Shown here: in pieces, positions 38,916 to 49,699 of the stretch
How positions within the stretch are numbered: the first letter of the stretch is position 1
How the letters are laid out: the number at the start of each line of letters is the position of its first letter
Source of the DNA: Calditrichota bacterium
Lineage (GTDB): Bacteria > Calditrichota > Calditrichia > RBG-13-44-9 > J042
DNA: 64,000 nt
Assembly: GCA_013150955.1 (NCBI GenBank)
Contig: JAADJD010000062.1
Coordinates: forward strand, 49,416 to 113,415
Direction: 5' to 3'
Notes under the pieces: model-generated
Told to the model about the DNA's origin: nothing
The model's database searches: none
The model's input: only the letters and a program-made list of their open reading frames with translations
Made by a program: the position numbers and the translations under genes

Positions 38916-40712
38916 TTATTTGATCCGTTTAAACTTTTTATCCAGCTCTTCCAGGGTAAGATTGACAATCACCGGGCGGCCATGGGGACAGAAAAAGGGT
39001 TCCCGGGTGGCAAATAGCTGATCCACCAGGGCGTTCATTGCTTCCAGGCTTAATTTCTCGCCGGACTTGATGGCATTCTTACAGGCAAAAGCCGCGGCGA
39101 TCTTTTCGTGCGGCTGATAATTTTTGTCCTCATTTTCCCGGTAATAGTCCAAAATCTCCAGCAAAATTTTCCCCTCGTAGCCCACTTTCACATCCCCGGG
39201 AATGGCTTCGATTAAAATCGTTCGACCGCTGAGTTCGGTAATGGCAAACCCAATTTTCTCCAGCCACTCTTTCACTTCCGAGAATATCAAATAATCCTCC
39301 AGAGACAATTCCAGCGTTTGTGGAAATAGCAGCTGTTGCGAAGGCACCGATTGTTTCTTTTCCAGCGCATCCAGAATGCGTTCGTAAAGAATGCGTTCAT
39401 GCGCCACATGTTGATCGATAATGACCAGGCCGCTCTTGATCTGAGAAAAAATGTAGCGATTGTGCACCTGCCAGAGATTGGCCTGAACACCAGCCTGATC
39501 TTCCACCTCCACCTCTGACCGGGTAAAGGGTAGGAGGGACGGGCCGGACTCGGTGGTTTCCGGAACGGTGTAGCTTAATGTCAGCTGGGCGTCGGATTCA
39601 ACCGGAGACGATTGTCCACGAATGGGACGATTTACCGGCGGGCGATATCGCCGCATGGTCTGAAAATGCCGCTGAATTTCCTTCTTCTGCGGATCGCCCC
39701 CTGTCATGTCAAAATGGGGCACAATCTTTTGATCCTGAATGGCCTTCCTTACCGAAGACAGAAACAGGTGATACACCACCCGCTCGTTAGCGAAGCGCAC
39801 CTCCATTTTGGTGGGATGCACGTTCACATCGACCAGATGCGGCGGTATGTGCAGGAACAGGATGAACTGGGGATACCGGGAACGTTCAATCAAATTGCCA
39901 TAGCCCTGAAATACCGCGTGTGCCAGATTTCGGTTGATGATCGCCCGTCGATTCAGAAAGATGAATTGATTCTCGGTATTGCCCCGGGTGTGGTCGGGTT
40001 TGCACACGTAACCATCCAGACGAATGTCGTGGACTTCTTCGTTAATATAAACCAATCCCTGATAAAATTTTTCGCCAAAGACCTGGGTAATGCGTTGATC
40101 GATCTGGGTGCCTGGCAAATTGAAGACCTCTTCGCCGTTGTGAATCACCTCGAAATGTACCTCCGGATAGGCCAGAAAGAAGCGCTTAAGCACTTTCAAA
40201 ATGTGGTTAAATTCCGTGTTATTGGCTTTTAGAAAACTGCGCCGCGCCGGGGTGTTGTAAAACAAATTTTTCACCGTAATGGTTGTTCCCCGGTGCATGG
40301 CTTCCTGGCCTCGAAAAACAATCCGCCCTCCTTCCAGCCGCAACACTGTTCCCGCGCCGCTGGACTCTGTGCAGGTCTTCAGTTCCAGCCGGGATACCGA
40401 AGCGATGCTGGGCAGGGCTTCCCCGCGGAATCCCAGCGTGGCAATGCGATCCAGATCCTGGATGCTCTGTATCTTACTGGTGGCATGCCGTTCAAAGGCC
40501 AGCTCTGCATCCTTCTCATCCATTCCACACCCATTGTCGATCACCTGAATCAACTCCTTACCCGCCTGAGAAATAACGATGGTTAGCCGGGTGGCGCCCG
40601 CATCCAGCGAATTCTCCACCAGCTCTTTTACCACCGATGCCGGACGGTCAACAACCTCTCCTGCAGCAATTTTATTGGCAATGTTGGCGGGTAAAACACG
40701 AATTCGAGCCAT
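38916..40712 (-). CDS. mutL: DNA mismatch repair protein MutL
   Basis: The GHKL ATPase N-terminus carries the ELVENSLDAG, DNGCGM and GFRGEAL motifs. ATG 40710-40712 was chosen (MARIRVLP). Confidence 0.9.
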   Translation of the reverse strand: MARIRVLPANIANKIAAGEVVDRPASVVKELVENSLDAGATRLTIVISQAGKELIQVIDNGCGMDEKDAELAFERHATSKIQSIQDLDRIATLGFRGEALPSIASVSRLELKTCTESSGAGTVLRLEGGRIVFRGQEAMHRGTTITVKNLFYNTPARRSFLKANNTEFNHILKVLKRFFLAYPEVHFEVIHNGEEVFNLPGTQIDQRITQVFGEKFYQGLVYINEEVHDIRLDGYVCKPDHTRGNTENQFIFLNRRAIINRNLAHAVFQGYGNLIERSRYPQFILFLHIPPHLVDVNVHPTKMEVRFANERVVYHLFLSSVRKAIQDQKIVPHFDMTGGDPQKKEIQRHFQTMRRYRPPVNRPIRGQSSPVESDAQLTLSYTVPETTESGPSLLPFTRSEVEVEDQAGVQANLWQVHNRYIFSQIKSGLVIIDQHVAHERILYERILDALEKKQSVPSQQLLFPQTLELSLEDYLIFSEVKEWLEKIGFAITELSGRTILIEAIPGDVKVGYEGKILLEILDYYRENEDKNYQPHEKIAAAFACKNAIKSGEKLSLEAMNALVDQLFATREPFFCPHGRPVIVNLTLEELDKKFKRIK

Positions 40713-40794
40713 TCGAAGCTTGTCTTTCCTGATTTTCTCGTAAACAAAAAAATATAACCAACCCACTACAGGGTTTCAACTGCTTTCTGGATAT

Positions 40795-41067
40795 TTAACC
40801 CAGATTAGCTTTAGACCACAAATTGCACGAATTAACACAAATAAAAATAATAAATTACATTAGACTGCGTCTGAATGAAAATTGGTTTCCGGGTTTATCC
40901 CCGATTATACATTAGCCTACGAATGACACGAATTAACACGAACAAAATAATAAAATCCGTTTGATCATATTCGGATAAAAAATGTGCTCCAGGATTTAAT
41001 CACTATTTTGTTGGTATTTTTAGGATTCATTCGCGTGATTTGTGGTTTACTGTATGATTTGGGTTAA
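40795..41067 (-). mobile_element. MITE-like element copy J (reverse orientation, compound, about 270 bp)
   Basis: TTAACCCAGATTAGCTTTAGACCACAAATTGCACGAATTAACACAAAT ... ATTAGCCTACGAATGACACGAATTAACACGAAC ... TTCATTCGCGTGATTTGTGGTTTACTGTATGATTTGGGTTAA. Confidence 0.6.
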
Positions 41068-41243
41068 TTTCACGGGACTGGATATCCATTTCCTGCCACT
41101 CAAACTGTCCGCATTCGTCAGTGGCTAATCCGCTATTCTGTCGAAAAGTCCACGGGAAATATTCATGAGGTGTCGAAAGAAGATGAAAGAGGTATGTTCC
41201 CGGGAAATGGGGGAAGCCCCATCCCCGGGCTGAAGGTCATTGT

Positions 41244-42533
41244 TTAAAATCGAAAACGACTGGTCACCGCCAGGGTGAATCCTTTGCTCCCTCCCGGAGT
41301 AATGGCACCGCGATTCATAAATCCCACATCGATGAACCAGACTTTCAGGTCAATGCCGGCTCCGAATGCAAACGTAAAGCCGGTCTTCCCCCCCACGGAG
41401 ATTCCCGCACGCAGCGGGATAATGGGAAAACCGGTGTATTCCACACCAACCGCCAATCGTGGAGTGGTGGTACCGCCCATGGAACGGTTCAATCCCTGCT
41501 CGTATTCCCCGGTAATTAACAATTGATTGTTCCAGCGGTAGGCCACGGCCAGATCCAGCACCGCAGGCAGGCGACTGCTGAAAGCGCCGATGGTGATGCT
41601 GGTATCCGATTCGACAAACAGGCTATCAGCCATGCGATCGGGGAAGGAAAGGCTATCGGCCTTGATGGAAAAAATACGTTGAGTGGTTTCTTTATTCCAT
41701 CGAATGCTACCAATGGGATTGATCAGCGCCAGACTGACCATCCATTTTTCTTCATATTGCCCAACAAATCCCAGATCGAAGGCAATGCCATTGCCACCCC
41801 GTGCATAGCGGAGACGCATCTGGGAATCCAGTGCCAGAAAGTCGCGCCCGTTGTAAAATTCGCCGCGGGAGTCTTCCACCTCGGCGTAAACCAATCCGGC
41901 CAGATATTTAAACGCCACCCCCACCGCGAAAAAGTCAAAATAATCTTCCAGAAAATCCAGCTCCAGCGGTCGGGAAATTCCCAGCGTGGCAGCCATCCCC
42001 AACCAGGCCTCGCCGTCAAAATTTCCAATCTGGTATGTCCGGTCGATGTCGACATTCCCTTTTAACGGCAGTTCAAGCATGTCCTTGGGCGCCTCTAAAA
42101 ATCCATTTCCCACAACCGCAAGGGACAGGCTCAGATTTCGGGCATAAAACGCCAGCGTATTAAATTTGGCCCAGAAGAAACCCTTCAAACCGGATTCATC
42201 AATGGCATTTAGAATCTCATTCTTATCCGCTGCGGTCAGGGAATCGCCCGTGGTAAAATAACGGTCGTATAGTCCCTTGGAAAGGCTATTGTTGAACACG
42301 CTAATATTGGCTGTCAGCAAATTGAATTCAAAATTGAATGGGCGATACAACGCCAGGGTGGCTGGATTGGTGCCCACCTGCTCCAGTCCCTTGGCATCGG
42401 CCGTGTTGCTATTGGCCATCCCGGCCGATCGCGCATCGAAGGACAATTGCGCAAACACCCCAGGCACCAGCAGCAATACACTGATAATGGCAATTTTTCC
42501 ATACCGTTTCATGGGATACCTACTGATTTTCAT
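41244..42533 (-). CDS. outer-membrane beta-barrel protein, FadL-like (PorV/LptO-like family candidate)
   Basis: The signal peptide, the NPATLA motif and the C-terminal aromatic residue (...SRFRF) support the call. Confidence 0.6.
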   Translation of the reverse strand: MKISRYPMKRYGKIAIISVLLLVPGVFAQLSFDARSAGMANSNTADAKGLEQVGTNPATLALYRPFNFEFNLLTANISVFNNSLSKGLYDRYFTTGDSLTAADKNEILNAIDESGLKGFFWAKFNTLAFYARNLSLSLAVVGNGFLEAPKDMLELPLKGNVDIDRTYQIGNFDGEAWLGMAATLGISRPLELDFLEDYFDFFAVGVAFKYLAGLVYAEVEDSRGEFYNGRDFLALDSQMRLRYARGGNGIAFDLGFVGQYEEKWMVSLALINPIGSIRWNKETTQRIFSIKADSLSFPDRMADSLFVESDTSITIGAFSSRLPAVLDLAVAYRWNNQLLITGEYEQGLNRSMGGTTTPRLAVGVEYTGFPIIPLRAGISVGGKTGFTFAFGAGIDLKVWFIDVGFMNRGAITPGGSKGFTLAVTSRFRF

Positions 42534-44616
42534 TCACGATCACTGTTAATTTCACCTGACCATTGACGGTGATGTAATCCACCGTGCGCAGGGCAACCTC
42601 CCCCGGTGTATCGGCAATTTTCAATTCGTATGCCACCCGAATTGGCGGCTGGCTCAAGATCCGCATTTCCTTACGGGTCAAATTGAACAGAACCTCGCTT
42701 TCCACCTCCTTATTGACGAATCCCGTGGCGGGATCCACCGTTGCCGCCTGCAGCTCAATTTCCTTAATAAATTCTTTATTGGGATTGAAATAGGTGGTAT
42801 CGAACAAATCGTTGCGCAAGGAATCGCGGGTGACAATCATCCGAACTTTTCCACCCAGCGGGGTATGATTCTTGACCCGAAGCGTCAGCGTTGCCTCCTG
42901 AATATCATTCTGTAAGGCATCCCGTAACTCCTGATCAATATCCTGCTCAGTTAACGTATCCACGCGGCTCTGAACGGGTTCCATACCCTGAATGGAAAAC
43001 TTCAAGGGTGTGGTTAGCTCGTAATTGGCCCAGACCTGACTTCCCAGGATCACTTCCGCTTCGCCAGAGGCGGTAATTTCGCCCTGCCCGCGAATGGAGG
43101 TTGGTAGAATGTTCACAAAATCCACCACCTCCGGGCCGGTCAATACAAATTGGGTTTGTCCTGGATTCCCCGGACGGCCGGGATTGATCGGCTGATTTAA
43201 AATCTCTATCTTTGCCGAATCGGTTACCACACCATTCTCATCTTCGTGATACCCCCACAAGGTGAGGTTTAACCGCAAATCTTCGATATACAACTCGTTG
43301 AATAGATTAAGAATCAATTTCACATCGGCCAAACGAATTCCCCCGCCTTCCAGGCGATTGTAATCGGCAATGTTCTTTTCCTCAAAAGGCCCAAAGTCAA
43401 TGGTTTCCGGGGCCAGAATACCGGTAAAGGATTTGAAGAACAGCGAGTCGGAAGAAATCTCGGTTACAATGTTGTCACTGCTCCGAACGGTTACAAACTG
43501 ATCCGATTTGCTGGTCTTGGTAAAGATGAGCACCTCAATGCTATCCAGCGGCACATTGGGGTCGGTCGGATTCTGAATTTTGATACCATCCAGAACAATC
43601 TTCTGGTTGATCGGGTCTTGATCAATAAACAAACTATCCTGGAAAGGATTGCCGTCGGGGCGGATCAGGCTTGGGATGGTGTAGACAATTTTACCGGAAA
43701 TGGCTGTCTCGTTCCGAAATGACAGGTAGAAATTGCCGCGACTGACCACCCCGCTTTTTATTTTATGCCGGCCGTTCAGGGCAAACCGAACCTTGCGCTG
43801 AAATTCCTGGGATTCCAGCTTTGCCTTCACGGAGCTGGCTTCCATATTGGCCAGATCCACAATGATCTGAATTCCGGTTTGATTCAACACTTCATCGGTA
43901 ATGGTAATAGTATCCTTCCGGGCAATGGGCACATTGTATTCCAGACGCAGGCGGTCATAAACATACATTCCCCCGGCAACGATATCATCCCGCCCTTCAC
44001 CCTGATCGCCAGAAGCCACTACCTTGTCGATCAAAATATCGCTTACCTGATTACCCAGACTATCATTCTTCAAGGTGAATTGAATTCCCGAGGAGGAATT
44101 GTTGGGCCCCAGATCGAAAGGCAGGTTATTAATGACCCGGATGATGATCGTCCCCTGCTCCAGATAAATCCACCGGTAATCCTCTGCCGTCAGAATCTTT
44201 GCCGGTGGAACCAGGGTGGTTTCCGGGATGACCACCTGGGCTCCTGTTGGCAAACTGGCCAGTTCAGGGAAGATTTCGGCCAGGGTAATCATTCCGGTGT
44301 TCATGGCCTGCAAGGAGTCCAATCGCAGAATCCCAATTTCCAGTTGATTGGTGCTTCCCCGGGGCTGAAATGCCAGTTCACTTTCCGAAAGGGTTTCTGG
44401 ATCAACCTCACCATTGACCTGAAGGGTGAGTAGCGAATCGGGATTCTGGGCCACGATGTTGGAATCGCCCAGCACCTCACTCATCTTAAACGTTTGTTCT
44501 GACAGGGGAAGAATCAGTGGAACCGCCCATCGCGGGAGTACCGGTTCCTTAAAATCGCAGGTCAGGAAGAACAATAGCGGAACCAGTACGGGAATTAACG
44601 CCTTAATTTTTTTCAT
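42520..44616 (-). CDS. large hypothetical lipoprotein (698 aa)
   Basis: The signal ends in a lipobox-like FFLTC. No recognised domain. It overlaps the downstream OMP gene by 14 nt. Confidence 0.55.
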   Translation of the reverse strand: MKKIKALIPVLVPLLFFLTCDFKEPVLPRWAVPLILPLSEQTFKMSEVLGDSNIVAQNPDSLLTLQVNGEVDPETLSESELAFQPRGSTNQLEIGILRLDSLQAMNTGMITLAEIFPELASLPTGAQVVIPETTLVPPAKILTAEDYRWIYLEQGTIIIRVINNLPFDLGPNNSSSGIQFTLKNDSLGNQVSDILIDKVVASGDQGEGRDDIVAGGMYVYDRLRLEYNVPIARKDTITITDEVLNQTGIQIIVDLANMEASSVKAKLESQEFQRKVRFALNGRHKIKSGVVSRGNFYLSFRNETAISGKIVYTIPSLIRPDGNPFQDSLFIDQDPINQKIVLDGIKIQNPTDPNVPLDSIEVLIFTKTSKSDQFVTVRSSDNIVTEISSDSLFFKSFTGILAPETIDFGPFEEKNIADYNRLEGGGIRLADVKLILNLFNELYIEDLRLNLTLWGYHEDENGVVTDSAKIEILNQPINPGRPGNPGQTQFVLTGPEVVDFVNILPTSIRGQGEITASGEAEVILGSQVWANYELTTPLKFSIQGMEPVQSRVDTLTEQDIDQELRDALQNDIQEATLTLRVKNHTPLGGKVRMIVTRDSLRNDLFDTTYFNPNKEFIKEIELQAATVDPATGFVNKEVESEVLFNLTRKEMRILSQPPIRVAYELKIADTPGEVALRTVDYITVNGQVKLTVIVNENQ

Positions 44617-44744
44617 TGGGAAAAACCTTTATTTTAAATTGCCTCACTCGTTATCGGGAAAATAAATAAATCGACACAAACGACTTAAATATGAGATAAT
44701 TTTTAATTTGCAAACTTGACTTAGGTCACTCCCGGATTCGAAAA

Positions 44745-46997
44745 TCACCGTTGCAGGACAAACCGATGAACGGAACGATTGCCCACATTATCCACCACGA
44801 AAACCTCCAGGTGTCTGGCGCCGGAAGGCAGGTGGCGGGGGTCTACCCGGATGAATTTTTCCTCCGGATCGTATTCAAACAACACCCAGCGGCCATCCGC
44901 CCGAACGGTGATCTGTTTCTCTTTGTATATGCCGGCCATCTCATCGTACACTTCAAAAAACAACGGGCGGCGGGCATTCAACAGGGAATCGTTCCGTACG
45001 GCACTTAACACCCGAAACACCGGCGGGATGGTATCCTGAATCAGCGTAAATTTTTCCAGGCTGGTGATGCGCGCTCGTAATGTATTCCCCTCCCAGCGGG
45101 TAGGTAAAAACAGCCATCCTTTTTTGCGATCCCAGTAGTATGCGCCCAGCCCTTTCACCCCGCGGAGCGAATCGGGTACCCGAAAGCCCATCTCGGCTCC
45201 CCGGCGAAAGGGCTGATCGAACGGTTGAACGTCGTACACCGGCGCCAACATCCGGTACGGCGATGCAACGGCGACCGTTTCATCGGGGACAATCTGTTGA
45301 ATCCGGCAAAACAGGGTGTCGTATACACTCTCGCTTTCGAAACGAATCTCCAGTTGCCCATTCGACGATGCAACCCGCTGCACCTTTCCCGGCACCACCG
45401 GATGCCATTGCTGCAGCTCCGCCACCAGAAAAGGAAATTCATCCACCGGCAATTGGCTAATCCGGAAAAAATCCTCCACAGATAAAACCATCAATGCCTC
45501 TTCGCGCAGGGGATAAATGGGAATCGCCCTGAAGATGTCCGATTCCAGCAACCGGGGCACCAGATGAATGGGCACTTTTATTCCCAGCTGATTGCCACGG
45601 AAAACGATTCGTGGAGTAACACTGCTGCGGGTGGTTTGATCTTCTGGATCGACCGGATCTTCCAGTTGCGGATTCAGGTACACCGGCAACCCCGGCGATT
45701 GCGCCGTGTAGTAAGGGATGACTTTTAATTCCGGAATTTCCGGATTGGTCTTCAAGGGGATGGAAAGAAAATACCAGAAATCGCTGGCAATTTTTTGAAC
45801 ATCATCCAGAACGTATTGCGCGGGATCGCTAACTTTTCCAGACGCCGCCGGTTCACGAATCTCAATCCAGGTCAAGGGTTGCGGAGAGCGAACCGACAGC
45901 AGCAGTTTTTTTTGAACCACGCCCCGCGTCTCCACCTGCACCTGCAGATTTCGGTGAAAAATAATCGTCCCGCGGATCACCGTCTCATTCTGATGAAAAT
46001 CCCGCAAACGGATCTCCACCGTATTTTCCCCATCATTCAGCAATCGCTCATCCAGAATGCCACCTTCAGGAGGAGTATCGGGATAAACCGGCAGAACATT
46101 CGCGGGATGACGGAAGAGATTTTGAAACTTGCCCCATCCCTTTCGCCATAACGAGAAATTTTTATCCAGCTCCACCAGGTGGGTATGGCTGTAGCTGAAA
46201 CGATCATAGCGCACATGAAAGGCCGGTACCTGATTGACCAACAATTCGGCTTCATAAAGGCCAAATTTGTTGTGCACCCCGTTGCCCATATCATATGCAC
46301 GAATGGCCAGGTAGGCCGGCCCGGAAAGGTAGAGCGGTTCCGATAATTCAATGGTTTTACCTGCGTGAAGGGGAATGATGAGTGTATCCGGTTCAAAATT
46401 AATGAATGTGCGTACCTTCAGGGGAATCACGGCCAGAAAACGTGCCCGTGGCGGGATGGTATCTTCCACCTCACCCGGATAAAAACGCAACGGATTCATG
46501 GGACGGTTTTGCGGATCGCGAATTTCGAAATGCAGGTGGGGCACCCCGATTCCCGTTTCGCCGGTATAGCCAATGACCTGTCCCTTTTGCACCGGAAATG
46601 CAGAGGGCTCGGGGAAATAGTCCAGCACGTACTGTTGCCGCTTCATCCGCAATCGATCCGCAAACGCCTCGATTTCCGGAATGAACCGTTCCAGGTGGGC
46701 GTAAACCGCAATGTTGCCATCCTTTAATTTCACATACAGGGCCTTTCCGTAACCATTTGCAGAGACCCGAATCCGATAAATGTAGCCATCATCGATGGCA
46801 AAGATCTTGTACCCGGTTCGATTCCAGGTTTTAATATCGATGGCAGCGTGAAAATGGCGCGGACGAAATTCGCAGAAACTGCTGGTCAGGTGTTTGCTGG
46901 CATTGGTGGGCCAGAGGTAATCCCCGGCCATAAGCCCCACCGGAACCCCCAGAAAAAAAGTAAGAAGTATCCGTTGAACGCGTGAAAATATGTTCAT
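44745..46997 (-). CDS. M23-family metallopeptidase with N-terminal anchor and about 570 aa C-terminal region of unknown function
   Basis: The HxxxD motif (HFHAAIDI) and the HxH motif (VPHLHFEI) of LytM/M23 are present. Confidence 0.7.
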   Translation of the reverse strand: MNIFSRVQRILLTFFLGVPVGLMAGDYLWPTNASKHLTSSFCEFRPRHFHAAIDIKTWNRTGYKIFAIDDGYIYRIRVSANGYGKALYVKLKDGNIAVYAHLERFIPEIEAFADRLRMKRQQYVLDYFPEPSAFPVQKGQVIGYTGETGIGVPHLHFEIRDPQNRPMNPLRFYPGEVEDTIPPRARFLAVIPLKVRTFINFEPDTLIIPLHAGKTIELSEPLYLSGPAYLAIRAYDMGNGVHNKFGLYEAELLVNQVPAFHVRYDRFSYSHTHLVELDKNFSLWRKGWGKFQNLFRHPANVLPVYPDTPPEGGILDERLLNDGENTVEIRLRDFHQNETVIRGTIIFHRNLQVQVETRGVVQKKLLLSVRSPQPLTWIEIREPAASGKVSDPAQYVLDDVQKIASDFWYFLSIPLKTNPEIPELKVIPYYTAQSPGLPVYLNPQLEDPVDPEDQTTRSSVTPRIVFRGNQLGIKVPIHLVPRLLESDIFRAIPIYPLREEALMVLSVEDFFRISQLPVDEFPFLVAELQQWHPVVPGKVQRVASSNGQLEIRFESESVYDTLFCRIQQIVPDETVAVASPYRMLAPVYDVQPFDQPFRRGAEMGFRVPDSLRGVKGLGAYYWDRKKGWLFLPTRWEGNTLRARITSLEKFTLIQDTIPPVFRVLSAVRNDSLLNARRPLFFEVYDEMAGIYKEKQITVRADGRWVLFEYDPEEKFIRVDPRHLPSGARHLEVFVVDNVGNRSVHRFVLQR

Positions 46998-47215
46998 AAA
47001 CCCTTTTTATTCATGATGATCATCTCATTCCGATGGAAGGGCAAATATAATTGCCCAACCCCCTTCAGGCAAATTACTTTCGGCAGAACCCTTCCATTTT
47101 TAAGCCGGATTCGTTCTGCGCGGGCAAATGATTATTTTTACCGGCCCACCCATCTCCGACCATCACATCCTTTTCTTACTCCCAGGCCATTCGTGCTGGC
47201 AATCATGCTCCCACC

Positions 47216-49336
47216 TTAGCGCCCCAGCCATTCCATCCGCACATCCACTACAGTCAACCGACGCCCATCATCGGATAAAATGATCGGATTGAGGTCTAAC
47301 GAGGTGATCCCCGGAAAATCCACCACCAGCTGCGAAAGCCGCAACAGGATATCCACCAACCGGGATTCCTCCATGGCCTCCAGATGCCGGGTACGCTTTA
47401 GCCAGGTGCGCAACCGGGTTTCCCGAATCATTTCACGGGCATCGCGGGGTGTAAGGGGAGCCAGACGAAAGGCCACTTCTTCCAGCGTTTCCACCAGCAC
47501 GCCACCCAGCCCAACCATAATCATATGCCCCAGCTGCGCATCCTTTTGCACTCCCGCGATCAGTTCCCGACTTCCCGAGATCCATTCCTGCACCAGACAG
47601 ACAGCCGAGGTTGAGGCCGCCAGCTTTTCCTGCAATTCCTGCAATTGATCCCAGGCCTGACGGATGTCCGATTCGGTTTGCAAATTGACCCGAACCGCTC
47701 CCACATCCGATTTATGAACAATCTGAGGAGACAGCAATTTCAACACCAGCGGACAATGCCAGGTACGGAAGATGTCCAGAACCTCTTCCAGATCCCGAAC
47801 AATGGCAAATCGCGGAACGGGGAAGCCATACAACTCCAGCAACTTCCAGGCCTGTTGTTCGGCAAGGAATCCCCGGGGAGATAACTCGGCCTGCTCAAGG
47901 ATATGTTGCGCCTGATCCCGATCCACCGAAAGCGTTACCATTTCTTCCTCAGGAAGAGATTTCCAGCGGGCATATTCCCACATGGAGGCCAGTGCCCATG
48001 CGGCACCATCGGGATGAGAAAAGACGGGCATATTCAGGGAATGAAATATTTCCACGCCGGAATGCTCATCCCGGTGAGCCATCAGGACAATCATCACTGG
48101 CTTTTCGTGATCTTTGCCGATGAGTTGCTGAAATTCCCGGGCAATTTGTTCGGGAGTGGTGCTTACCGGCGGGCGCACGATGACGACCACCACAGCATCC
48201 ACGGATTCGTCTTCCAGCACAATCTTCAGCGTTTCCCGATAAGTTTCCTGAGTGGCGCTGGCGATCATGTCTACAGGATTTTCCACCGCCGCCTCTTCCG
48301 GCAGCAGCTGGCGCAACCGCTGACGGGTGGATTCCTGGAAAGGCCTAACCTGTAATCCCACCCGTTCCAGGGCATCCACGGTGAGGATACCCGGGCCACC
48401 GGCGTTGGTCACCACTCCCACCCGTGGTCCCCGGGGTAAAGGTGCCAGCGAAAATGCCAGTGCCGTCTCCACAAATTCCTGAACCCGCTCCAGAGAAATG
48501 GCCCCACATTGCCTGAACAGGGCGTCCACTGCACGGGTGCTACCGGCCAGCGCACCGGTATGGGAAACTGCCGCCCGCGCCGCCGATTGACTGCGACCCG
48601 ACTTCAACACCAGCACCGGCTTGCGGCGGCACAGCCGATACAACCCCTCTCGAAACCTGTCGGGACGATCCAGGCCCTCCTGATACAGCATCACCACCCG
48701 ACTGTCCGCATCTTCCAGCAGGTAGGGCAAAAAGTCGGTTTCCGTCAGATCCGCTTTGTTTCCCAGACTGACAAATTTGGAGAAACCCAGCCGCAGGCTG
48801 ATGGCCAATTCCATAATGGCCACCGCAAGAGCACCCGACTGGGACAGAAACGCCACGTTTCCGGGGATCGGCTGAGTGGGCGAAAAGCTGGCATTCAAGC
48901 GAATCTCTGGATGGGTATTAAAAAAGCCCATGCAATTGGGCCCAATAAAGCGGATGCCATATTTGTAGGCTATTTCCAGCAACTCCATTTCCCGACGCCG
49001 TCCTGCTTCCCCGGTTTCTCGAAAGCCCGCCGTAATAATCACGGCCAGATGGATTCCTTTCTTTCCGCAGGACTCCAGGATTTCGGCCACCTGCTCCTTT
49101 CGGACCATAATCACGGCCAGATCCGGGGTCTCCGGCAATGTATCCAGAGAGCGGTGGCAGGCAATCCCTTCGATCTGATCCGCCGTGGGATGAATCAGGT
49201 AAATTGCTCCCTGATACCCAAAATCCATCACCGCGCGCAGAAACATGTGCCCCAGGGAGCCGGGCTTGCGGGACACACCGAAAATCACCAGCGAACGCGG
49301 CTGGAAAAACTTGCGATCATTCCACTCGCTCTTCAT
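47216..49336 (-). CDS. acetyl-CoA synthetase (ADP-forming), fused alpha/beta (NDP-forming acyl-CoA synthetase)
   Basis: It has a CoA-binding N-terminus, a succinyl-CoA-synthetase-like ligase domain and an ATP-grasp C-terminus. There is no GNAT domain, so it is not Pat. Confidence 0.75.
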   Translation of the reverse strand: MKSEWNDRKFFQPRSLVIFGVSRKPGSLGHMFLRAVMDFGYQGAIYLIHPTADQIEGIACHRSLDTLPETPDLAVIMVRKEQVAEILESCGKKGIHLAVIITAGFRETGEAGRRREMELLEIAYKYGIRFIGPNCMGFFNTHPEIRLNASFSPTQPIPGNVAFLSQSGALAVAIMELAISLRLGFSKFVSLGNKADLTETDFLPYLLEDADSRVVMLYQEGLDRPDRFREGLYRLCRRKPVLVLKSGRSQSAARAAVSHTGALAGSTRAVDALFRQCGAISLERVQEFVETALAFSLAPLPRGPRVGVVTNAGGPGILTVDALERVGLQVRPFQESTRQRLRQLLPEEAAVENPVDMIASATQETYRETLKIVLEDESVDAVVVVIVRPPVSTTPEQIAREFQQLIGKDHEKPVMIVLMAHRDEHSGVEIFHSLNMPVFSHPDGAAWALASMWEYARWKSLPEEEMVTLSVDRDQAQHILEQAELSPRGFLAEQQAWKLLELYGFPVPRFAIVRDLEEVLDIFRTWHCPLVLKLLSPQIVHKSDVGAVRVNLQTESDIRQAWDQLQELQEKLAASTSAVCLVQEWISGSRELIAGVQKDAQLGHMIMVGLGGVLVETLEEVAFRLAPLTPRDAREMIRETRLRTWLKRTRHLEAMEESRLVDILLRLSQLVVDFPGITSLDLNPIILSDDGRRLTVVDVRMEWLGR

Positions 49337-49699
49337 TTACCGTTGCTCCAATACGTTCTCCACAATTCTTACCAGTTCCTGTATGTTTAATGGCTTCTTC
49401 AAAAAGGCTTCCACATCCAGACTTAAAACATCCTGAGGCCGGTACAGATGGGAATAGGCGGTGATTAAAATAATGGGGAAATCCGGCTTACGGTTTTTTA
49501 TTTCCCGGGTCAGTTCCAATCCATTCAGCCCTGGCATTTCCACATCCACCACCGCCACATCAAAGGCGCTTTGCTTAAAAAATTCCAGCGCTTCCAGACC
49601 GTTCACTGAGGTGGTTACCGTATGCCCAAACAAAATGAACGCATCTGCCAGGGTATGTAACAGATCGGTGTCATCATCAACAATCAAAACATTCGCCAT
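49337..49699 (-). CDS. single-domain response regulator (CheY-like receiver)
   Basis: DD...D(54-equivalent)...T...K pattern: LIVDDD, VVDVEMPGLNG and ILITAY. Confidence 0.75.
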   Translation of the reverse strand: MANVLIVDDDTDLLHTLADAFILFGHTVTTSVNGLEALEFFKQSAFDVAVVDVEMPGLNGLELTREIKNRKPDFPIILITAYSHLYRPQDVLSLDVEAFLKKPLNIQELVRIVENVLEQR

